From positions 310,001 through 374,000 of the forward strand of contig JAYWIR010000053.1 in assembly GCA_036172245.1 (NCBI GenBank): 64,000 nucleotides of DNA. The letters are read 5' to 3'. Origin of the DNA: Raillietiella orientalis. Its lineage: Eukaryota. Of the stretch, positions 47,281 to 59,527 are shown piece by piece. How positions within the stretch are numbered: the stretch's first letter is position 1; the number at the start of each line of letters is the position of its first letter. Both the position numbers and the translations under genes were made by a program. The notes beneath the pieces were generated by a model. The model was not told where the DNA came from, made no database searches, and saw nothing but the letters and a program-made list of their open reading frames with translations.

Positions 47281-50200
47281 TTTCACCCGGATTTCGCCGG
47301 GGCGTTTATTGTAAAATAAACATTTACAAATACGTGCGGAGGCTGGACCATTGCTCCAGCCACGCACGAAGAAACACAGAGCCTGCCGGGTCACCGGTTC
47401 GCAGACCGGTACGGTCCACCACGGCAGCAGGGGGAAGGGGGAAATACAAAAAACAAAACAAAAAAGAAAATAAAGGTGGGAGGGTAAGGGAAGGGATCAC
47501 AGTTGCTGGTGGGGCCGTTGCATTCTTTGCAGGATGCCGGCAATCTCCTTCTGTATTCCTGGATCCAGGTAAGGCCATCGGGACGCCATCCTCAGGAACT
47601 GGGAGGCTGGCTGGATGGCACCCTGGTCGCGTTGTCCTCCCGTAGCCTTGCTCCAAGCGGTGACGATCCCGCGTAGGCAGCACAAAGCTGCTAACGAGGC
47701 CGCTGGCCGAAGGGCGTCGGCAACGAAGAGGGCTTTCAGTGCGTCCCTGGGGTTGCCGCAGGGGATTCCGATGGCCGCGGCAAAGCGAAACCAAAGGGGC
47801 CGAAGGGCAACACAATCCACTAGCAGGTGGGGAGGGACTCCCGTTCCCCACACCTGACGCAATTGGGGTCCACCGCTCCCCAGAGCCAGTGGTGTCGGCG
47901 GGTGTTGCAGGGAAGTACCCAGTGCTGTAACAGGAGAGCCCACTCCTGCCATTTTAAGAGGAGGGCGAAAGTGTTCATGAGCACCGGTGGCCACTTCAGA
48001 TGTTCAATGGGAACATCCAGCAGCGCGCCCCAGCGCAGAAGTCCATTAGGAGGCGTACTCGGGGTCGCAGCATCAGTTAGCTGGCCCGTCTTCCACTCTC
48101 TCTGCTTCTTCTCTTTCCCGGAGATTGTTACTGTAACCACCCACTTCGCCGCAACATCGCTGTCCAGATCTTCCACAAGGGAGGGCAGGGCAGCAGCGAG
48201 GGGGGTTCTTCCTGCCCACGCTCTCTTCTTTGGATCCTCCAGGATCTCGCGGAGCGTGCAACTTCTGTAACCCCCTAACAGGAACCTTCGATCCTGTTGG
48301 GAGCGTTGCATGCCGAGCTGTCCCCACGTTCGAACGGTTTCCTGCAACCAGGCACTACCGTTCAACGAGCGACAGGTGAGCAATCCTGGGTTTTTCCGAT
48401 ACAGCGCAGCCACCCTCCGTAGTTGTAGTCAGCATCGGTTGACGCGGCGACGGAGTGCAAGAAACGACGTCAGTCCCGTCTTGCCGGTGGCTTGCTGGAG
48501 AAGGAGACGTGCAGGGACGCACCAACAGGTGCACCACAACTCTGGAACGAGAGCCGACTAGCGGAACTGGAGCTGAAGCTCCAGCCGCTCCAGCGTCAGG
48601 AGGCCCAGAACACCATCCCGCCGAGGAGCGCACAAGTCCTTTAAGCGGACTCGGGCCCTCCCGTTGCCCCAAGGGGCGATCCGGAGGAGGTCCCTTGTCC
48701 GCTTTTCAATCCTCTCTGTAAAGGGGGGCAAACAAAAAGCAGGGGGAGAAGGAGAGGAGCCGCGAACGTGTTCCAAACCGCGGCCCGTTCAGGCAGGATA
48801 AACCTGCCGCCTCGGAACGTGCCGATTGCCGTCTCTACTTTTTGAAGGCAGCCGGACCACGCTTCCGCATTGGAGTAGTCCCTCAACGGCACACCAAGGT
48901 ACTTGAAGTACTTCACCGTAAGGATCCCCATAGGGACCCAGTCCTGCTGCCCTGCTCACGCCGCACCAACAGGCATCACGGACGACTTCGTACTGTTCAC
49001 CGTAAGTCCAGTTCCCCGATGCAGCAGGTCGAAGAACTCCTCGACCGCTGCAGCCGTGGTGGACATAGGGAGCAGCAGCAGAAGGTCGCCCGCGTATGCT
49101 GAAACCGCCGGCGTACCGGCACAGTCGTGCGGCAGGTGCGCCAGAGTTCCCCTGTACGCTCTCAGTACCAGAAAGTAGGTACTGAAGAGCAAGGGGCTCA
49201 GTCTGTCTCCCTGCCGGATCCCACGCCGCACCGGCACGCCGTGCACGGTCTGCCCGCTGAAAGTAACATTGATAAGCGCGCCGCGCCAGCAGGAGCGCAG
49301 ATAGGCCACTAATGAAGCCGGGAAGCCTAAGCGTTCCAGAAGCTCCAGAAGGAGATTCTGGTCGACGCAATCCAATGCTTTTCGCAAGACGATTGCGACC
49401 GCAAGGGCTCCCTCCCCCTCCCGACCATCAAACCCCTTGCCGGCGCACGCACCGGAATTCCGGCTGCGCACCAAGCTCCTTTCATGTTGGAGCTCTAGCC
49501 AGGTGGAAGCGTGGAACAGGTTCGCCTCCATGCTTCGCCCGGGAACAGCATATGTCTGTTCCGGGCTGATGAAGATGTTGGCAACCCGTCCCAGACGCTC
49601 TGCCCACATCTTGGCTGTCAACTTGGCGTCCGCATTCACTATTGTGATGGGACGCCAGTTGTTCATGCTCCTCAGATCTCCTCCCTTAGGGAGGAGCCGC
49701 ACCTTTGCGGAACGAAACGAGGCGGGAACGTCACCTGTTTCGCGTATCAGCAAGGTGAGTTGCTGTACCAGGGGAGTAAGCTCAGCCGCGAAAGTTTTAT
49801 AAAACTCCGCGGGCAGGCCGTCCTCCCCTGGAGCCTTTGGCCTCTTGAGCTTTCCGATGGCGGAGAGGGTCTCGTCCATCGTGAAAGGCTCGTCGAGGGT
49901 CTTTCTCTGCTCCTCCCCGATCGCTGGAGCGCCTTCCGGAAACAGGAGTCGTAAGACGTTCCTCTCCGGAGGTGCCCTGGCATACAAGGAGGAGTAGTCA
50001 CTCCGCAGAAGGCCGCGGATTTAAGCAGGTGCCGAGTGCTCCTGGCCCTGTTCGTCCAGTAAGCTGGCTGATCCGGACTGCTAGGTTTGCCTCTCGGCTT
50101 CTGCTTTGTATTCCGCCAGTCTGCGGATATCAGGGGTCCTGGCGTAACGACGGGCCTGCAGGTAGGCTCGTTCGTTACGGACCCCGGACCCAAAACCCGT

Positions 50201-52794
50201 GGGTAGGGGGTGCAGAGGGGACTGGTCGCAGAACTCCTGGACCCACCGCTTGAAGCGGTTCCAATCCTGGAGTGTCCGCAGCCTGAAGCTCCGTATGAAC
50301 GTGCGGAGATGTTCCGTCACGTCCGGGAGCTTCAGCCAGTACCCTGGGAGGAGCCACGCTGACGAGGGGAGGCCCCTGTCGCGCGGATCGATCTCGAGGA
50401 CTAGCGGGCGATGGTCGGACAGCTCGCACGGTAACTTGCCGCGCCTGCCTACGCGAGGGCACAGGTGCTCGTCAAGAAACACGTGATCAATGCTGTCTTC
50501 CATCCCCGGTGCACTGGCCAACAGATTACAGGTTTGCATCGCCATGCACACCTCGTTGACCAGGTCACGCTCGGGATTCTGCTCATTTGGTTTCAGGCGA
50601 ACGTTGAAATCGCCTGCAACCAGATGGACATTCCGCACGTTTGCTTCGGTCAGCCAGTCTTGCCTGAGGGCAAGGAAAAACTCTTTCCTCGCCCTTCTGT
50701 TTATCAGGTCCTTGCCGCTCGGTGCGTACACGTTCGTGACGATCAGATCGATCGAGTCGGACCACCTAAGAGCCAGCTGGCCGACACGACCGTGATCGTT
50801 GAACCGCACGCCCCGAGCCGCGGCCTCGAAGGCTGGCCGAAGCAGGTAGGCGACACCGCAACTTTTCGCTCTCCCACATCTGTACCATAGCCGCCCTCCG
50901 GAGATCCGTTCGATCTCTTGCGTAGGATTCCAGAAGGGCGGCCATGTCTCGTCTCCTGCCGGCGTCTGTCATGCCGTTCACGTTCCAAACGGCGATGCGC
51001 AGACGACGGCGGGAGGAGATTCCCGGCATTACTGCTGGGAAGATTAAGGTGTGGGGGAGCCCTCCTCTAGCGAGGCGGGCGGGATGTCCATGGAAGTTTC
51101 GGCCTTCTCAGGCACCTGAGGCACCTGTTCGGCCTCCACCCCCTTCATCCCCTCCGTGTCCGTGCGTGGGAGTCTCTCGGGTGACGGGTCCCGAGAGTTT
51201 CCCACGCTCATGGCACCCTCGCTTGAGGAAGCCATCTCTTCCCCTTCGATGGGGGAGACGAGCTTCCTTGGCTTTGTGGACTTACGTCCAGCCTTCTTGC
51301 GCGGTGCCGTGGAAACGGAGGCTGCGCTTCCGGCCTCCACCTCGGGGTCGGAAGTGGGGGACTCCTGAGGGGAGGCCGGACGCCTTACGGCCTTCTTGCC
51401 AGCCTTGGGGGGCTCTGGCAGCAACAAGGCTGCCAGCTCCTCCGCGGCTCGCGCGAAGGCTACATCATCGATGGTGGTGCTGAAGACGGACGCCGCCGCC
51501 GGCTCGCTCCCCTCGCTGTTCACTGTGTCAACAGAGGGAGGTCGTCGGTAGCGGCGAGTTCTTTCCGGCAGCGTTCGGCAACATCGAGAACGCGTTCGAC
51601 AACGACGCTGCACTCTTTAATAATCGCGCTACCCTGCTCTTTCTTCTTCTGTTGGTAGGCGATTTTCTTTTCCATCCTCCTCTCCTTCTTTGATTTTTTG
51701 GCCGTTTCCACTTGCCATTCAGTATCCTGGCCGGCTCTCTCAACTTTTTCGGCGTTGGTCGCCAAGCTCTCGGGTGCGGCCTGGGTCTTGGGCGCGGGTG
51801 GCGCAGCCTTCGCGGCAGCTTTCGCCGTAGGTCTTTTCTGCAGAAGCCGGGCGCGTTTTTTAAGGTTTCTCTTGGAAACCACCCGCACTGCTGCTTTTGG
51901 GCACACCTCCCTCGTGTGACCCATTGTGCCGCATACTTGGCACTGCACATTGGGACACCTCTTTTTGAGGTGGCCCGACGTATTGCAGAAGCTACAGTAT
52001 TTCGGCTTCCCCACATACCAGAGGTCGACGGTTTCGCCTTCGACCACCAGATTGTGGGGAAGAGTGCAGCCCTCCCGAACGGTCACGCGCGCAGCAGTGA
52101 GGCCGTCTTGCAGCCTTGTGTAGTCCCCGAAAGGACTAACTTTCGTCCACTGCGCGTGGACCGTTCCAAACTGTTCCAAAGCGGCGCGAACCTGTTCTTT
52201 GCGCATTCGCGCGGTCACGCCTAACAGGTGGACCACCATGCTGCGGTCCGCCGTAGTGGAGAGAAGCCTGCGCGTTTTCATCACAACGGGGATTTTAAGC
52301 AGTCGTTAAGCCAGCTTTGCATGTTTGCAGATGACCTCAACGTACTGACCCCCGCTGCGGATGGTCATAGCGCTAAGCTCCTCCTCTTTCACATCGAGAG
52401 CGCGCATGCCCTTCGAGAAGGCGCGCGCGCTCTCTAAAGAATATAAATTGCCTACCTTGTGGAACAATGAGGGGTTGTACCCCTCCTCCACATAGGCCGA
52501 CAATTCCGCCGCGGCTGCAGGCGATTGCGCCGAGGCAACGGCGCTCCACGCCCGCGCTGCAGCGGGGACCGATTCTGTGGGGGCGGATGCATCCACCTCC
52601 ATCGCCTCTGGGGGCGAAGTTGCCGCCGCCCCCTGGCTCTCCATCGCCTCTGGGGGCGGCGTTGCCGCTGCGCACTGGCCATCCCTGTTGGTCGCGTCAG
52701 GCATCGCTGCCTGATCGACCACCGAACCACACGACGCTTGCACTGGTGGAAACTTCCTGGCACAAGGAGCACCAAGAAAACACGTACTCCCTAG
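47281..52794 (-). mobile_element. Full-length (~5.5 kb) degenerate family B LINE inserted antisense at KAFD
   Basis: CTAG...ACGTG 5' end, ORF1 from ATG 52704, TAATG at 51031-51027, ORF2 to 47497, AATAAA plus hairpin; flanked by CATAAGGCATTCGA and CACAAGGCGTTCGA. Confidence 0.9.
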
Positions 52795-52798
52795 AGCG

Positions 52799-54912
52799 CA
52801 CAAGGCGTTCGACTGTGTAAACCAGGAACTCCTCTTGGAGCTCCTGGGCCGCATGGGCATTCCACCCTCCCTGATTTCCTATCTGCGCTCTTGCTTGCGG
52901 AACTCGATAATCTCGATTACTTTCAGTGGACAACAGGTGTATGGCGTGCCGGTGCGGCGGGGCATAATGCAGGGCGACAGCCTCAGCCCCCTGCTTTTTA
53001 GCACCTACGCTGAGTTTGTGCTGAGAGCGTAAAGGGTGACTTTGGTCCCCTTGCCGAGCTCGTGCCCCGGCACGCCAGCCGTAGCGGCGTATGCCGACGA
53101 TTTTTGCTCCTCTTACCTATGTCCACCCCGGCGGAGGCGGTCCGAGATTACTTCGACCTGCTTAGCCGTGGGGCCAGATTACAGGTTAACAAGGCGTAGT
53201 CGTCACTGTTGCCAGTTGGAGCGACGTGGGCAGGGCAGCAGGACTGAGTTCGTCTGGGGATCCCCACGGTGAGGTGCATCAAGTACCTCGGTGTGCCGTT
53301 CGGGGAATTCTACCCTGCGGAAGCGTGGTCCAGCTGCCTCCAAAAAGTCGAGGCGGCGATCGCCCCGTTCCTGGAAGGCAAGTTTCACTTGCCGGAACGG
53401 GCCGCGGCGCGGAACGCCTTTGCGGCCCCCATCCTCCGTGCCTTGCTTTTTGTTTGCCCCGCTTCCGTGGAATCTAAAAAGCGGACGAAGGACCTCCTCC
53501 GCATAGCTCTTTGGGGCAAGGGGAGGCCCCGAGTCCCTTCGAAGGACTTGTGCGCTCCGCGTCGGGATGGCGGTGTCAGCATCATGACGCTGGAGCGCGT
53601 GGAAATCCAGCTGCGATGGCGGACCCTCGCCATCGAAGCGAAGATGTGGAGCACCGCTTGGTGCACTCCAACCCTCCTTTTGGCCAGGCGTGTGTCCCGC
53701 TGCGAAGGACTCGCATCCTTTCTTCTGTGCCCTGGCCGAAAGATTCGAAGATGCGGTCTACTGCTCGGCCGCATGACAACCCTGGCAAAGGAGAACGAGT
53801 GGATGGTTTGTGGCCCTGCCAACTCCTCCGCTTGGCTGGAAGAGACTGCTGGCACCTGGGCCAAGCAGAACCAGAGGTGCGAAGAACGGATGAACTGCCT
53901 GCGAGTCGGCTTTTACGCCCGCCGAACTCTCTGTGAAATTCTTGAATTTCCATCGAGTTGCACTTGGGCGGAAGGCACACCCCTTGTTACGGCGATGCCC
54001 TTCCTCCAAAGGGCGCTTCACGGAAGCCGCAAGCCAAGGTGGCAAGTCTGCTGCCGTATCGCAGGCAGAGAGAAGATGATCAGCGGCTGGACCATGGGAG
54101 AGTTGACAGATGCAACGACCCCTAGTCTCCAGGCGCGTGGATTAAGAAGATGAAACGAGCTGCTCGGCATTCGATTGGATGACCTGAAGTGGCCCCCGGT
54201 TCTTCTTGGATCCAGGATTCATCTTCTGAAGTGGCAAGAATCGGTGCTTCTGTGGCTGCATTGTTGTCTACCCTGCAACGCGCGCCGCTTCCACCGGACG
54301 CGGGGAAGAGTAAATCCTGCGTGTGCCAGGTGTGGGGAGCGGGAGTCGCTCCCCACCTTATAGTTGAATGCCCTGCCGTCCAGTTTCTTTAGTATCGTTT
54401 GAAAACGGCCCTCCGGATACCGGATGGTGGCAATGTTGGATGTGTCTTCAGTCTTGTCTTCGTGCGGGACGCCCTCAGTCCAGCCGCAGCCCTGGCAGCA
54501 CTTTGCAGCATTCGTGGTATCCTTGCCTCCTTGAGTGATGCCAAAGATGAAGACTACATCGTGAGGGACGTCAACGAGTATGCTTCTCGCTTCCTGCAGA
54601 GAGCTACCCGATGTCCCCACCTAGGAAAACTGAAAATGGAACTAGAAGGCATCCTGCAAAGGATGGGCGCTCCCAGCAGTTTTCTGTGATCCCTTCCCGG
54701 CCCTCCAAACTTTTTTTTGTGGTTTGTTTTTCTTTTTTATTTTTTTTTTGTTTTCTTCCCCATCACCCTTTACTGCCGAGGAGAGCCACACCAAGCTGCG
54801 TCCCGGTGTCCCGGCAGTTCCAAAATTGCGTGGCCGTCAGGAAAGCCTTGTACCACGTTCTGTATTGACCGTCGAAATGTTTTTAATAAACGTCCCGGCG
54901 TATCCGGGTGGC
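52799..54912 (+). mobile_element. 3' half of a LINE ORF2 (from HKAFD) plus 3' UTR and terminal hairpin
   Basis: GIMQGDSLSP, YADD, KYLG, CARCGERES; AATAAA 54885-54890 then CCCGG-cgtat-CCGGG. Confidence 0.87.
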
Positions 54913-57512
54913 ATCGCCGAAACCTTGAGGAAGTTGATGGAGGGGAAACTGTTCACAGAACTCTCAGACTAAGCGTTTTATTTTGTCCCAGTCAGCGAGA
55001 GTCTGCAGTTCGCAACTACGCAGGAATGCGCCCAGATGTTCGCGCGTTCCAGCGAGTCGCAACCAGTCCCCCGGCAGGCGCCACGCTTTGGAGGGTGGAC
55101 CTCTGTCGCGCGGATGAATGTTGATCACTAGCCGAAGGTGATCGGACAGCTCCGACGCAATTGCTCCTCGAGTCCCCTTCCGCGTACACAAGTGGTTATC
55201 GAGGAACACGTGGTCGATTCTGCTTCTCGCCCCGGCTTCATCGGCCAACAAGCTGCGTGTGTGCATAGCCGCACACAACTCGTTGATCAATTGTGCTCGT
55301 ATGTCGGGCGCTTCCGACAGCAGGCGGACGTTAAAGTCTGCCGCTATCAGATGCGCCCGCAGCACGCCTGCTTCGGCCAGCCAGTCTCGCCTCAGGGCTT
55401 CGAAGAACGCAGTGCGTTCTGAGCGCCTGTGGCTGGTGCAGGGCGCGTACAGGTTCGTGACTACGAGGTCGATCGATTCGGAACACTTAAGGACAAGTTG
55501 TAAGACTCGACCTTCCTCGTCGAACTGTGCACTGCGCACCGCATTGGGGACGGTTGGCTTCAGCAGGAAGGCCACTCCGCGGGAGTGGTCTCCTCCACCA
55601 CGCCAAAGTAGCCTCCCCCTTTGAGCCTGTGTATTTCCTGGGCGTCCTCTGCTCTGAGGGCATGCACCTCTTGAAGAAGTGCCAGATCGAAAGGTCGCAG
55701 GGTGTCGGCCACTCTACGCCTTTTGCTTTCGCTACGCAGCCCGTTGAAATTCCAACAGGCTATACACAGCTGCCGGCAAGAGCGATTCCACGCATCATAC
55801 TTGTGATGGTGGTGGCGTGTGTATTGCCGCCTCCTGTTCGGGAGGCGGCTGGTCGTTGTCCATCTGCGGTGGTGGCGTTTCGGCAACGACCGGAACGTCT
55901 GCAGCCGGACTGAGGTCGATAGGAAAGACCGACCGGATGCTGTCGATGGAGGGATCCCGCGACCTCCCGGACATCGCCTCCTCGCTATCCGAGGGCATCT
56001 CCTCCTCCTCAGCCTGAGGGGGAGCGACGCGCATAGGGTTGCGCGACTTCCGGCCAGCCTTCCTCTTCGTAAGGGCGACAATGGGAGGGTTCCCGGGTTC
56101 CGCCTCGGACCCGGAAGTTTTCGGGCCCTTAACTACCGCCGGACGTCTGACGGACTTCTTTGCAGCCTTAGGCGGCTGTATTAAAGTGGCCGCGAGGTCC
56201 TCCGCCGCCTTCGCGAAGTTTTTCTCGTCGCTGCTGCTCGCGTGTTTGTCGCAGGATTCCTGCGGCGGTTCCGCGGCGTTCGCGACGGTTGCGGGAGTTG
56301 CGTTCGCCGATCGACGCTCGATCGACGGAACGCGCTCGATTGTAACGCGGCATTCCTTTATGGACTCTCGCGGCGAAATTTTTGGCTTCTCGAGCGCGGG
56401 TTTTTTGGGAACGCTCGCGTTCTGATTTTCGTTATTTTTTGTAGGTGTTTTTGTTTTTTTTTTTTGTGTTTCTTTTGCTTTCTGGTTTGAAACGACTTTT
56501 TAGTTTTCCTCGTCGGCAGTTGGCTCAGAAGTCTTCTTTTGAGGCTCCTGCTCCTTGTGCACGACTTCTTCTGAGGTCGGTTGTTGGTCGCTTCTTTTTT
56601 GGTTTTCTGGCTTCTTCCCCTCATTTGTCGAAGGGGCTGAAGGCGTTGTCGCGGCGTTTTTCGGGCACACAGCACTAGTGTGGCCCTTCGCGCCGCATGC
56701 TGGGCATGTGGCATCCGGGCATCTCTTTTTAAGATGCCCGAATGTGTTGCACAGCCCACAGTATTTTTCCTTCCCCACGTACCAGAGGTCGACGAGCTCG
56801 TCGTTGACTTCATGGTTGTGGGGAAGTTCTGTGTTTTCGCGGATAGTTACGCGCGCGGCCACTCGCCCACTGAATGCGCCTCGATAAGTAAAGGCGTTGG
56901 GCTTTGACCACATCGCGTATATCTCCGCGAATTTGTTGATTTCAGTGCGGATGGCTTCATCGGTCATCCGCACCGTTGTACCCGTGAGGTGGATCACCAT
57001 AGAGTGATCCACCGTGTGTGGGAGGAGATTCCGCCCTTCGAACGGAACGGGCGTGCAGTGCAGTTTGTGTGTGAGCGCTGCATCTTTGCAGATCAGCTCC
57101 GCGAACTGCCCGCCGCTCCGAATCGAGAAGCAAAGAATCTCCTCGTCAGAGATTCCCATCCTACGGATGGCGTTTATAAATTTCCGCGTTGTGAGCGGTG
57201 AATAAAGATTTCCTACCTTGTAAAGAAGGGCTGGGTTGTAGCCCTCCTTTATGTAGGCCTGCACTTCGGCGGCCACGTCCGGCGGAGCCGCCGCGGCCAC
57301 CTTGTTCCACGCCCTCGCCGGGTTGGCGGGGGCTGATTTTTTGGTGGGGCATGACCTTACCTCCGTAGGTTGGGGAGACGTGGGCCTCACGTCTCCCGTC
57401 GCAGATACTGCGGCGTCTTCAGGCATTTCTGCCTTCCAACGGCCGCACTTCCAATTCACACAACACCTAGTTTTGGCTTCGCTCGCGGGAGCTGACCAAA
57501 AACGCGTGCTGA
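54913..57512 (-). mobile_element. 5' part of a LINE: 5' UTR, frameshifted ORF1, EN to LPQGFGD
   Basis: CGLCNTFGHLKKRC, CPACGAKGHTSAVC; TGATG overlap near 55793-55797; IACWNFNG, NLYAP, SDH. Confidence 0.87.
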
Positions 57513-57513
57513 A

Positions 57514-58182
57514 CCGGCGCAGGTTTGCCGCATCGTGCGAAGATTCTATTCCTTCTTGTACGCGCCGTTAACACCGGAGCGCCATTTCGCGCAGCGCCTG
57601 CTGCCGGATGGTGCTCCCGCGCTTAAAAAGCAGGATCGTTTCCGGATGGCGGAACCGTTCACGATGGTGCAGGTCGTCTCCGCCATCGAACAGCTAATGA
57701 AACGGAAGGCACCAGGATAGTACGGCCTGCTTGCGGAGTTTTACTACCGCTTCGAACCAGAGCTGGCCCCCCTGGTGCTCAGGTTACGTACGCTGATCGG
57801 CGAACACGGCGAAGTTCCCGCCTCGTTGCGGTCAGCAAAAGTACGTCTCCTGCCGATGTCAGGAGACTTAGGCAACATTGGCAACTGGCGTCCCAACACA
57901 GTGGTGGATGCGCACGCAAAGTTGCATGCCAAGTTGTGGGCTGAGCGTTTAGGGCGGGTGGCCGCTTCCGTGATCATTCCGGAGCAGACCTACGCTGTTC
58001 CCGGACAAAGCATCGAGACAAACCTGCTCCTCGCCAGCACATGGTGGCAGTTGCGACAACGCGTTTCCCAGGAAGGTCAAGAGTGTCTTGCGCTCTTTTC
58101 TGACCAGGAACATCGGATAGAGGGTGGGAGGGACTCGGCGGGAGCCTTTGCAGTCGCGGTCGACTTGCGCAAAGCATTCGAT
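57514..58182 (+). pseudogene. ORF2 fragment (PAQVCRIV to DLRKAFD)
   Basis: KRKAPG, SAKVRLLP, WRP, EQTYAVPG. Confidence 0.83.
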
Positions 58183-59527
58183 TTTCACCCGGATTTCTCC
58201 GGGTCGTTTATTAAAAATAAACTTTATAAAGAAATTATTTATGGCTGTGGCAATGCTCCAGCCGGAAGGGAAGAACCACGGAGCCTGCCAATTCACCGGT
58301 TTCTAGACCGGTACGGTCCACCAAGGCAGCAGGAAAAAGGGGAAAAACGAAAAAACTAAACAAAAAGAAACAAAGGGTGGGAGGGAACGGGAAGGGATCA
58401 CTGTTGCTGCTGGGGCCGCATCATCCCTCTCAGGATGCTGGCATGCTCTTGTTTGTTCTGAACATCCAGGTGGGGCCATCGCGACGCCCTTCTCAGGAAT
58501 TCGGAGGCGCACTGCATGGCTCCCTGATCGCTAGGTCCTCCCGTCGCCGTGCTCCAGGCGGCGACGATCCCACGAAGGCAGCACAAGGCTGCTATCGAGG
58601 ACGCTGGCCGCAGGGCGTCGGCAACGAACAAGGCTTTTAGTGCGTCCCTGGGGTTGCTGCAAGGGATACCGATGGCCGCAGCAAAGCGGAACCAAAGGGG
58701 CCCAAGGGCAACACAATCAACTAGGAGGTGGGGGAGGGAATCCCGTTCCCCGCACCTTACACAATTGGGATCCACCGCTCCCCAGGTCCAGTGGTGTCGA
58801 CGGGCGTTGCAGCGGAGTCCCCAGTGCTGCAACAGAAATGCCGACTATTGCCATTTTAGGGGGAGGATGGAAATGTTCATAAGAATCGGGGGCCACTTCA
58901 GATGTTCAATGGGAACATCCAGCAGCGCTCCCCAGCGCAGAAGTCCATTAGGAGGCGTACTCGGGGTCGCAGCATCAGTTAGCTGGCCCGTCTTCCACTC
59001 TCTCTGCTTCTTCTCCTTCCCGGAGATTTTTATTGTAACCTCCCACTTCGCCGCAGCATCGCTGTCCTGATGTTCCACTAGGGAGTCCAGCGCAGCAGCG
59101 AGGGGGGTTGTTCCTGACCACGCTCTCTTCTTAGGATCCTCCAGGATCTCACGGACCGTGCAACTTCTGTAACATTCAAACAGGAACCTTCGTTCCTGAT
59201 GGGAGGGTTGCATGCCGAACTGTCCCCACGTACGAACGGTTTCCTGCAACCAGGCACTACCGTTCGCAGGGAGACAGGTGATCCATCCTTGATTTTTCCT
59301 TGCCAGCGCACCCACCCTCCGTAGCTGAAACCCACATCGGTTGATGCGGCTTCGATGGAGTGCAAGAAACGATGTAATTCCCGTCTTGGCGGTGGCTTGC
59401 TGAAGGAGGAGACGTGCAGGGACGCACCAACAAGTGCACCACAACTCCGGCACAAGTGCCAAAATCCGGAACTGGAGCTGCAGCTCCAGCCGCTCCAATG
59501 TCAGGAGGCCGAGACCACCGACCCGAC
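58183..59527 (-). mobile_element. 5'-truncated B-subfamily LINE (ORF2 C-terminus, 3' UTR, hairpin)
   Basis: GGLGLLTLER to CVRCGERDSLPHLLVDC; similar to 47281-48620; hairpin 58188-58204. Confidence 0.86.
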
